This document shows, piece by piece, positions 50,133 to 60,445 of a DNA stretch of 64,000 nt. The position numbers were made by a program, and so were the translations under genes. The stretch lies in the NCBI GenBank assembly GCA_951804945.1, contig OX638154.1, positions 99,758,001 to 99,822,000 of the forward strand. The letters are read 5' to 3'. Under the pieces are notes generated by a model that saw only the letters and a program-made list of their open reading frames with translations, was not told the origin of the DNA and made no database searches. Position 1 is the first letter of the stretch. Each line of letters opens with the position of its first letter. This DNA is from Podarcis cretensis. Its lineage: Eukaryota.

Positions 50133-50807
50133 TGTTGGCATCTGTCTGTCTCAAGAGACAATGGAGTATGCTTCTGGGGGTGAAATCATACCACTGTGTT
50201 ACCAGCCCTGGTGACCTCCCCGGGGCATAAGCCTGGGCAGTGTGTCTAGAGGTCCTGGCCCACCCAGATGACAAGGAACACCGCCCCCCCGATGTGGTCC
50301 AAAGGAAAGCAGAGCAATACATTTCACACCAGCTTGGCTGCAGGAGTTGCCAGAAGGAGGCATACAAGATGCCATCCAACTGACTTGGGGACTCCATTCC
50401 AGATTTGTGTAGGGTTTACTCCTTAGCCTTTTCTTCTCCCAAAATATCCCACAAAGCAGCAGAGGTTTAAGGTCAGAGTTTTCTTTCTCCTAGATGGGCC
50501 ACCTTCCCAGGTGGATGAGCCTCACCTGCTCCTCACTTCCCTCTACACAGCACATTTAGAAACTGCCTTCTTGACTGTTAGACCCATTGGTCTCACCCTC
50601 CCAATCCACTTTGCCTGCAGGGGAAGTCCCTAACTCACTGAGGGTTTGAGACCCATCAGCTACTCTCACAAGTGGTATCACCTCTGGTGGGATACATGTC
50701 ATGCTCTTTCTGGGGTAGTTTATCCACCTATAGTCTCCAGCCTGCACTCAGCTCTCACCTGTGGCTCCTTGCCGCTCTCAGCATGCAGCAGTGCTCACAC
50801 TCCAGGA
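50133..50807 (-). mobile_element. ORF-less RTE-derived retroposon, copy B, with inverted 5' segment (50672-50807)
   Basis: Homologous to copy A; carries the uninterrupted site GGGTTTACTCCTTAGCC near 50412-50428. Confidence 0.75.
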
Positions 50808-52980
50808 ATACATAGCTATATGCTCCATAATTAAGGAAACATCTAGTTCAGCCCTCAGTAACCTGTGTAACGTAGACACTTGTCTCAATCACACACCACA
50901 GTTTTCAGTGTATGCCTAAAAAGGCAATGCCCTACTTGGGTTTAAGGTTTAAGAAGCCGCACCACGTCTTCCTGTCCTCTGAGTCATTTTGAGACATGCT
51001 GAGATGATTTTTTTTTTTAAAATAGAATGTGGAGGAACACACACCCAGAATTCCTTGCAGCATGCTATTTGAGCCTGAGATACTGGGAAAGCAGGGAATG
51101 ACCCACTTCTGCGGTAATGGGAGGGCTCCCACACAAGCTAACTTCAGGCGTGGCTAGATGGGGCATTGAAGGAGCCTGGGAAAGCAAAGGAGGCTGTTGA
51201 CGGGCACATGGGCTGAGGCTCTGCCTGGGGGGCGGGGGGTGCTGATTAAATTCCAGGTGCTTCTGAGTGAGCGTTGAAGGGTATGAGATCAGCTCTACTT
51301 GGCTTGGCAGCCTTGGCAGACCCAGCATCCGGCTGATGCCTTGGAAGCTCTCAGGTGCTCGGAATGCAAGTGTCGTGCCTGAACCTGATCGTATGTGTTG
51401 GCAGCCAAGCTGAGGATTAGCAGGAGCAGCTGTGGAGAGCAGCTCTTGGTGTTTCATAGACTAGCAAAAGCACTGTAACACCCATGATAATTCTGCAAAC
51501 TTGGTAGGTGACGGAGATGTGATTCTTAAGTATATGGTTCTCCGTAGTATTCATTACAAAGAGGTTGGCTATGAAAATTTCCCTCTGCTTTCTTCTGGGC
51601 TTGTTGGTACTCTGCACACAAACATGGGGGGGGGGGGAGAGGCAATCTAAATCCTGTGCTTGGAAAACAGAAATTCAGTACTAAAAATAAAGAGCATTAA
51701 TAAAATGTTGGTAGATCCATAAAATTCACCTTAACGCCTTAGGGCACAGCTACACTGCCAACCTGTACTGGTTTATACTTGTTCATGTTTCACGGCTTCT
51801 CCCAAATAGCTCTGGGAAACGTAGTTTGGCCCCCTGCAGCCTTCTAGCAGGCCTTGCAGCTCCGCCTTTCCTGGTACATTAGCTTAGGGAAGGAAATCCT
51901 TCAGGTACAGGCTAAACACTTTGCTTTCTAATGGTTGCTTCTCTCTGGGTTTGCTGCTGTTTTGTTCGTGGGGTCCAGATGTTATTATAGAGGGTCCTGA
52001 GTGTAGGAAGAGAGAGAAATTCAAGTCCGTGAATTCTCCAAGGTCTAAAGATAGAATATCCACAGTGCCTGGGAGTCTCTCCTAGGGGAGCCAGATTTTC
52101 CTTGTTACAGAGCAGGTCATGGGGCTCACTCTCCTTTCTTAGATAAGTCCTGTCAATGGAAGAAACTGGGAAACAAGTTGCTTGCCATAGAAACAGGGGG
52201 GCTTTTGATAGGGGACTGAGGGAACACCTCCCCTGTTGTTTCAGCATGAGAATCTTTTTGAATACAGTATAAATATAAAATTCATGTTCTGTTTTATTTT
52301 AACCCAGATTGATTAGTGCATATAGATTACAGTATTTTAAAATGTAGTCCTGCTGCAACAGCTGTGGAGAATGACACCATCGGTCCACTGGCGCACTTTT
52401 CAAAGTACCAGAGCAGGCTGCCGACCCCTCTCCTCCTGGCACAGCTGCTTCTGGTTTTTCCTCATCAGCTACTTTCTCTTTCTGCTTCTGAGGCATCTAA
52501 TCATAAGCTTGCATTTTTATTAAAGCTTATATGTTTAATCAGGGCTTGTATTTTAAGAATGAGTTTAAAAATGTTCTGTTTCATGCCAGGCAGAAGACCA
52601 TGCCTAAAAACCTTGGCAAGATATTTTTACTCCTAGACAAGGGGCCCCCCTGATTTATAGCAGAAAACAATTCTCAAAGTCGTAAAAACGGAATTACAGG
52701 CTGACAGCCAAGGTTACACTGACCCTACAAATTAAGGGTGGATAAATAGTAAAATGAGCCATATCTTCTTCCTAAGGTTAAGAAGGTCAAGAGCAGTGAA
52801 AAAGCATCTAGCTGGCAGAAACAGAACATTTTCTGGGAAATCTTTTCTAAAGCTGTTTGTTTCTTAAACTAAGATCCTTTTAAGATTTCTTTTCCTTTTA
52901 AAAGGTTATTTATGTATTAAATATATTAGTTTAAATATAATTATGCAAAGGATTTAAGAAATGCTAGATTCTTATTTCAT

Positions 52981-53112
52981 ATAGTTGGAAGAGATCACAG
53001 GGGCCATCAGCCATCAGCCCCCCCCCCCTTGCCAGACAGGAGACGCCATCGAGCACTCCTGATATATGGTTGTCAGGCCTTTTGTTTAGAAACCTTCAAA
53101 TGAAGGAGATCT
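52981..53112 (-). mobile_element. CR1 3' end fragment (a second short CR1 tail lies at about 54158-54240)
   Basis: Reverse complement resembles the 3' UTR at 28200-28320. Confidence 0.7.
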
Positions 53113-53244
53113 CTCAATGTTGATGTGAACTCAATCCTTGACATGCATAAGATAAAAATTCAAGATTAATTATCTGTTTTGGAAGGCAATAGGGCAAGGA
53201 GGGCAAGAGGTGAGCTGGTAATTAAGATTCCTTGTTGAGACACA

Positions 53245-53602
53245 TGTAAGATATATTACTACTTATTTGTCATTTATAGATAGAAGAATATATAGCTTTT
53301 TGATTTCCATAAAAGGGCAAGAAGGAAATGGGTGTATCTTTTGTGATTGGCTCTAGCAAACAGCCAATAGGAATTTCAACCAGGCTGATTGGACAGAGGC
53401 AGCCACAGGAGGAGCAAGGGGGCTGGATTAAGGAAATATAAGTGCTGGCCAGAATGGCAAGAGGCCAGGCCAGAGCTTGGTAACCATATACCACTGTGCC
53501 TCATATTTATTTGTCTGACAAATAAATTACTATTTTAATTTCTCTATTGCTGCGTTGAATATTTCATTCCAGCTAAGCGTTAACCACAAGCAGGGTGCTA
53601 CA
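53245..53602 (+). mobile_element. Possible solo LTR
   Basis: TGTA...TACA ends, three CCAAT/ATTGG boxes, TATAAG at 53437, AATAAA at 53521; no clean TSD. Confidence 0.5.
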
Positions 53603-54542
53603 CTTCCAGGCCAAGACACTTTAAAGACTAACATATGTATTGGAACAGAGACCCCTTTGTAGGATGCAATGCCAACACTGCTTTTGGATATCAGCACCAA
53701 CTTGCTATTTTTATTTTTAAATTTTATGATAGGCTGTTATTGTAAAATATGGTATAGACATTTTTATAATAAACAAAATGTATAGGAAGAGATGGAAAGT
53801 GGGATTTGTTCTCTGGACAATGCTTCTTTGCTGAGCTTGTTCATGACTCTAACCTTGAGTTATGAGTTGTTGGTTTTGCTTATGCATATGCTGTGAGGTG
53901 GGATTAATGATATTACTAATAAGAGTGACAAGAGTTTCCTGGTTCCATATTAATTCCTCATCTGTGTTTTTTTCCTTCCATCACTAATATTCTTGCTGTT
54001 TTAGCTCCCATTTCATTTTGGCTGAAAGGGAGTTGAATTGCTGGTGTTAAATTGAAAGGGCAATGGAGCAGAGTGAGAGAAATGAAGACTAAGAGAAGGC
54101 ATGGCAGTGCCTTAAGCCCAACCTACTCCATTTGAAATAACCACAGGGCACAGTTCTTATAGAATGGTAAAGTTGGAAAGGGATCCTGAGGGCCATCTAG
54201 TCCAACCCCCTGCAAGACAGGAATCTCAGCCAAAGCATTCACATTAACTAAAGCATCTTAGGTTGCAGTGGTTTGCTTTTAAAAACCCAAATATAGAAAA
54301 CTAGCATGCTGCGGAAGCTGGCCTGTCAACACTGGAAACAATGGACCAGCCAGTTTTCTGTGATGAGGGAATCAGGCTAATGTTGCATGACTAGTCACTG
54401 CAGCTTGCGTAGCTTGGATCTGAGCTTATCAACAGGGTGGCCTTTAAATGTATATCATCAAGTAAAAATGGCGAGCCAATTTCTGGAACTGCCAAATGGG
54501 TTGTTGTTCTTGAATGGTGTGAACTATTCTCTTTGCTTTCAG

Positions 54543-54731
54543 CCTGCCATTGCAATGGGAAATCCAGGCAGTGCATGTTCGACATGGAGCTGCTCAGACG
54601 AACAGGAAATGGATACCGGTGCCTCAACTGTGCCGAAAACACAGAGGGAAATAATTGTGAGCGGTGTAAGGAGGGCTTCTACCGCCAGGAACCTCGAGGA
54701 CGTTGTGTATCCTGCAGCTGCAACCCCAAAG
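54543..54731 (+). CDS. LAMC2: LAMC2 exon 2 ([63 protein letters not shown])
   Basis: tttcag| acceptor, G|gtatgc donor; 189 nt; [17 protein letters not shown] is characteristic of gamma-2. Confidence 0.96.
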
Positions 54732-56383
54732 GTATGCAGGGACTGAGGGGCAGGTGGGAAAGCCCCTCACCCCCAATCTTATGGGACTGCAGTGTCTGTT
54801 GAGGTTCTACTGCTGCATATCTCTGTCTACACTCAACCCAAATATGTTGGCAAAATAAGCCAAATGTTCTGGCACCCTTAAAGCCACTCACTACGTGGAG
54901 AATTGGGGTTCCAGTGCATACCCTGAGTTGGGTTCCTCTGAATGAGATCAGGGAGAGGAGAAGCCAAAAGCAGCCGTTCTCCTGAACACAATCAAGGGGC
55001 ACTTCCAGACTGTTACTGTTTTCAGGTGGAAATCCAGCTTGCACAATCATAGTTGGCTAAGAAGTCTTGTGCAACAAACTGCTTGCCTGAAAGATTGGAC
55101 TTTCTGCAATAAGGAAAGTGAAGGTGGAATCCACTGGGAAATGTGGAGTGGCACTTGCTTTGCCATAACATCATCTAACCACCCTGCGAATAAGTGAAGA
55201 TGAATGCTCAATACATTACCTGTTTGGAAGCATGCCAGGTCTGTAGGACTCCAAAAACTTGTTTTTGTTATTGTGGAATGGGGACCCGAAGGTACGCCTC
55301 AAGGCCTCAGTGAGGTTTATAATGCTAACCACAATGCACTTCTATCCTATTGTTGTTTTCAATTAGATACCACATTCTGATGTGTTTTTCCCAAAACCAG
55401 CTTCAATCTGAATGTGAAGCAAAACAAAACAACCTAGCTGTGTTCTAAGCCGGTAATGCGTACAGAGCCTACGTAGCTTGAATTTTCTTGGTTATTTGGG
55501 CCAGAAGGAAAAATAGTCAGCATCAGCCTCCCTTTTGGCAAAGTTTACTATGTAGTCACTTTGTGCATTGATTGTTCCTGTGGAGCAGAAATAGCACTAG
55601 ATATCTTTGGTCAGCTGTGAGGCAAAAATGGTGCCAGTGATGTACATCTGCTAAAGTGTTACATCTAGAGATCTGCATAATATAATGTGCTGATCCCAGC
55701 ACAGGTTTAGCATATCTTAGAAATATGAATTTCTTCTATCTAAAGAACAAAGCTCTGCCTCTCCTCCATTCCAGCCTAGCTGTTTTCCTAGAGGGAATCA
55801 TTAGCACATCCTTTCTCCTCAGCTGCTTTAGAACAAAGAGCTAGTAATACACCCAAAATGGAGACCTGTAATACAATTATTTCTCATGTGATCTAAGTTA
55901 AATACTTCATGACAGATCCAGCGGAGATACAGCCCTACTTAAACCATTGGCTATTAGGCTCTCTGCATCTCCAATGTTTAGCTCAGAGGAATTGAGCTTT
56001 TAGCAGTACACATCCATACATATACAGAGTTATTTAATTGTACGTTGAACTATCAAATAACTTAACAGGTTTTGTCTGTGCAAATAGAAGATTGCTGCTT
56101 TTTGCTTCCCCTTATTTGAGCTGTATGAACTTTAGGACAGCCTTTCTAGGTCCTTTTCCCTTCTGGAAGAAAGCAATGGAGACTTAGGGCCAAAAGTAAT
56201 TGTGATGCTGATCATGCCACTTGCAGGCATGTCAGTTGATTTTTATCAAGACCACAGGATGCAGGGACATTTAGTCCTTTCCTCTCCTCCTGTGGTCCTG
56301 ACAAAAGTAGTCTGGTCCTGCTATTACCTCTGGGAAAGAAGCCTTCATTGGCAGCAGTGGATACTTCCCTCCAGGGGCTCATG

Positions 56384-56418
<35 letters not shown>

Positions 56419-56457
56419 CGCTCGTGCGTGCGTGCGTGACAGAAAGAGAGAGAGAGT
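56384..56457. repeat. (GT)n(GC)n(GTGC)n(GA)n compound microsatellite
   Basis: Read directly. Confidence 0.95.
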
Positions 56458-57014
56458 GAGTTGTGGGGAGTGATTTTCATCAGACCTGAAGCAAAGGAGG
56501 AAAGTGTTACCCATCTCCTCCCCACATACCAGTCCCAACAAAAATCCCCAACAAAAATTTATTAATTTTGTTCTAAAAACTGATGTGATTACAAGTTTAG
56601 CATCATTTCTAGTTTGGCCCTTGCTTTGCCTTTGTAATAATCAGTTTATTTACAAATTTATAGATTGGGTAGATATTTTGGGGGCAGAGGAACCTCCAAG
56701 CAATAGAGTCTACCAATTCAAACCTGAACCATTGCCACTTTTCTGGCAATATTCCACAAAACCAGGTTTCAGCCTATCTCATACTGCAGAAGAGCATCAT
56801 ATTTGTACATGCCAAAGCAACTTTTTAGACGAAGTGTGCCTGAGTAGTTCAGCAATGTGCCAGTCATGACAAACCAAGCAGGAGAGGAACTTTGCACAAT
56901 GGAACTGAATGACTACTGCAGCAACTCTCCTTGAGTTTCCTTGGAATTGCTATAAACCTGATGAGAATCATAAATATTGACCCGATTGCTGTCTCTACTA
57001 CTCCTTCTTCACAG

Positions 57015-57150
57015 GTTCTTTCAGTGTACAGTGTGATAACCAGGGACGATGCCACTGCAAACCTGGTGTGACAGGTGATAAATGTGACCGATGCCAGGAC
57101 AATTTCCATTCCTTCTCAGAATCTGGCTGCAGAGCTGCTGGGCAAATACA
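57015..57150 (+). CDS. LAMC2: LAMC2 exon 3 ([46 protein letters not shown])
   Basis: tcacag| acceptor, CA|gtaagt donor; 136 nt; paralogous to LAMC1 exon 6. Confidence 0.95.
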
Positions 57151-57240
57151 GTAAGTGCTGTCGGGTCGGTGGAGCTGTTTGTTGCTGGCTAATGTGTTCC
57201 AGTGGAGCTTCATTTGAAAATGGTCCTTTGGTTTTCTCAG

Positions 57241-57333
57241 GAATTGTGATTGTGATCCAGCTGGCAGCACGGGCCAGTGTGTTTCAGGACGTTGCATCTG
57301 CAAGGCAGCTGCTGAAGGAGAGCGATGTAGCAG
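57241..57333 (+). CDS. LAMC2: LAMC2 exon 4 ([31 protein letters not shown])
   Basis: tctcag| acceptor, AG|gtgtgt donor; 93 nt; preceded by a 90-nt intron. Confidence 0.93.
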
Positions 57334-57861
57334 GTGTGTGCACAAAGATTGTGTGGCTAAATGTTTTGATGGTGCTCAGAGTTGTCATGATCAAGGAATC
57401 CACTTGGTAGCTCAAGTTGCTCTTTCACTTAGCATACAAACCCAACAGAAATGTAGCTTTCTCTCTGACTCAGAAATGGAGGCTATGTGGATTGAGTTCA
57501 GTGTGCAAGCATGGAATGTGGAATCTAGTGCCAGTGTTTTGGATACTGAGAACTTCAGTTTCCACTGAGAAAGCAATGTGTCTTCTGTAATATTTGGAAA
57601 TGTAGGTCTGTGGTGTCTGGTTGGCCAGAAGAGAGCTTCAGAAGCCAGGAAGGGGGCTTTCAGTCAGTGCACAGCTATACAACTTTCAGCCTTCGTCCTT
57701 GCACTTCCCCACCCATCCTCCTGCCTCTTCTGCCCACTTAACCCCAATCTCCATTCCATTCGTATTATTCCTTCCATTTCATTCTTGCCTTTTGCCGTGT
57801 GCTGGTTCAAACATTATTATATATATATTTTTGCATTTGTATTAGTTGCTTTGGCATGTAT

Positions 57862-58023
57862 GGGGTGTTAAGGGAGGGGTAGTACCTCTGGAGGATACGT
57901 CACACTCCTTCTTGGTCCACCTGTGATTCCCAGCTTGCACTCACCTCTCACCTGTGGCTTCTAGAAGCTATCAGCATGCGTCAGGAACAACTTTGACTGA
58001 CCAGCTAAACCAGGTGAGGGTAG
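57862..58023 (+). mobile_element. 5' end fragment of the RTE-derived retroposon, copy C
   Basis: Shares GCACTCA.CTCTCACCTGTGGCT..TCAGCATGC with copy B and GCTAAACCAGGTGAG.GTAG with copy A. Confidence 0.7.
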
Positions 58024-58235
58024 GTTTGGTCCTGCTCATACCAAACCCACAGACACTAGACATGCTGACCAGAGGGGAAAGCTACCGGTAGTTGACGGCA
58101 AACCCAATCTAAGCCAGTTCAGTGCATGGTGGGCTAGTAAAACAGGCTGACTTTGGAATGTGGGCACTGCTATGCCATTAGTTGTGGTAGTGATGATGAC
58201 TGGAATTTTCTGTGCTAATCTGGATAGGAGCATAG

Positions 58236-58998
58236 CATGCCCTCCAACATTTCTTTGATGAAAATAGGGACGTCCCATTCCATAATGATAATTTTAATAT
58301 TTATACCCCACACATCTTACGGGGTTGCCCCAGCCATTCTGGGCAGCATTCAATATATATAAAACATTAAATGTTAAAAAAACCTTCCCTATACAGGATT
58401 GCCTTTATGAAGCTCGGGGGTCAGATAATTCCATACCCTCCAACATTTCCCCAATGAAAATAAAGGTAAAGGTAAAGGTACCCCTGCCCGTACGGGCCAG
58501 TCTTGACAGACTCTGGGGTTGTGCGCCCATCTCACTTAAGAGGCCAGGGGCCAGCGCTGTCCGGAGACACTTCCGGGTCACGTGGCCAGCGTGACATCGC
58601 TGCTCTGGCAAGCCAGAGCCGCACACGGAAACGCCGTTTACCTTCCCGCTGGTAAGCGGTCCCTATTTATCTACTTGCACCTGGAGGTGCTTTCGAACTG
58701 CTAGGTTGGCAGGCGCTGGGACCGAGCAGCGGGAGTGCACCCCGCCGCAGGGATTCGAACCGCCGACCTTTCGATCGGCAAGCCCTAGGCGCTGAGGCTT
58801 TAACCCACAGCGCCACCTGCGTCCCGAGGTGCCTTTATGAAGCTCGGGGGTCAGATAATTCCATACCCTCCAACATTTCCCCAATGAAAATAGGGACGTT
58901 CTAAGGGAAAGCAGGACATTCCAGGATCAAATCAGAAACTAAGACAGCTTCTCTAAATCAGGGACGTCCCTGGAAAATTGGGACACTTGAAGGGTCTG
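58236..58998. mobile_element. Non-autonomous DNA transposon (6-bp TSD family) interrupted by a Sauria SINE
   Basis: CATGCCCTCCAA ... TTGAAGGGTCTG with perfect GCATAG on both sides (58230-35, 58999-59004). Confidence 0.8.
58463..58825 (-). mobile_element. Full-length, CpG-intact (young) Sauria SINE
   Basis: (AAAGGT)n tail, B-box GGTTCGAATCCC on the minus strand, head GGGACGCAGGTGGCGCTG; 63-bp flanking duplication. Confidence 0.93.
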
Positions 58999-59293
58999 GC
59001 ATAGTGGTACCCCACAATGGGCCACTGACAAATAATTAATGGAAAGTAAAAAAGCATAACACTTTTATTTCTGATTTAATGGCAGCCCTGACTCACGTCA
59101 CTGTTTGAGTCCATGCTGAGGCCAAAATGGCATGTGCACAAGTTGCACTGAGCTCAGCACATCACCTTACATTAAAAAGCACATCCAGCCCACATTTAAA
59201 TCTCATGACACCCCACAAAGAATCCTGTGAACTGCAGTTTGTTGCTGAGAATTATAGCTCTGTGTGGGAAACTACAGTTCCTCGGATGCATTT

Positions 59294-59846
59294 GGGTGTG
59301 GGTGGCGCTGTAGTCTAAACCACTGAGCCTCTTGGGCTTGCTGATCAGAAGGTCGGCGGTTCAAATCCCTGTGACGGGCAGTGGCGTAGCGTGGGGGGTG
59401 CAGGGGGGGCCGGCCGCACTGGGCGCAACATCTGGGGTTAGGGCAAATCCACGGTTTAGGGGGCGCAAATCCACGGGTTAGGGGGCGCAAATTACTTGCC
59501 TTGCCCCGGGTGCTGACAACCCACGCTACGCCACTGGTGACGGGGTGAGCTCCCGTTCCTCGGTCCCAGCTCCTGCCAACCTAGCAGTTCGAAAGCACGT
59601 CAAAGTGCAAGTAGATAAATAGGTACCACTGTGATGGGAAGGTAAAGGCATTTCCGTGTGCTCTGATTTCTGTCATGATGTTCCGTTGCACCAGAAGTGG
59701 TTTAGTCATGCTGGCCACATGACCCAGAAAACTGTCTGTGGACAAACGTCGGCTCCCTCAGCCTGAAAGCAAGATGAGCGCCACAACCCCATAGTTGCCT
59801 TTGACTGGATTTAACCAACCAGGGGTCCTTAACTTTTTTTACTTTA
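59294..59846 (+). mobile_element. Sauria SINE interrupted by a hAT MITE
   Basis: GGTGGCGCTGTAGTCTAAACCACTGAGCC head; body resumes at 59545. Confidence 0.88.
59379..59536. mobile_element. 158-bp hAT MITE
   Basis: Perfect 17-bp TIR CAGTGGCGTAGCGTGGG; perfect 8-bp TSD GTGACGGG; internal GGCGCAA repeats. Confidence 0.92.
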
Positions 59847-60220
59847 ACTGTGTGTTTGATGTGCTTTAAATGAATAGTGTGTATCTACTCTCAAATCCAC
59901 AATTTCACCAGATTATAGCACAGGCTAGAATCCTGTTTCTGTACCTTCTGGAGCAGTTACCTCGGTGCCTTTGTGTGTGTGGTGAGTGCCAGTCTTTCTG
60001 TCATGAAGTCATCACTTGAACAAGAATGGTAGCACAGGATTTGTAGTAATGGCTGACATCAGAGCCATCAAGTTTTTATTGACTGGAGGGTGCAGCTATC
60101 CTGTCACAACAGATAAAGCAGAGGTATCCGGATTGGAAATTCAGTATGTCAGCTTTCTGTGTGTGAATATGAATGCACAAGAGAATAATTGTGTGGTGTG
60201 TTAATTTATCTCTTGCACAG

Positions 60221-60357
60221 TTGCAAGCAGGGCTATTACAACCTAGATGCCGGAAACCCAGAGGGCTGTTCTCGATGCTTCTGTCATGGGCACTCAACAG
60301 CATGTTCCAGCGCAGAAAATTATAGCATCCATAAAATCACCTCCACCTTCGAGCAAG
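60221..60357 (+). CDS. LAMC2: LAMC2 exon 5 ([45 protein letters not shown])
   Basis: gcacag| acceptor, G|gtaaaa donor; 137 nt, same length as paralogous LAMC1 exon 8. Confidence 0.96.
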
Positions 60358-60445
60358 GTAAAATACCTCACTGGGGTTTGCCTTTTCTCTTTTTCATGAT
60401 CAATGCACTTGGTGTTACACTGAACTTTCAATTTTACATTTTCTA

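Noticed and set aside
57151-57240. 90-nt intron (multiple of 3) as a retained coding segment
   Set aside because: Retention gives CAG TAA immediately, so it cannot add residues
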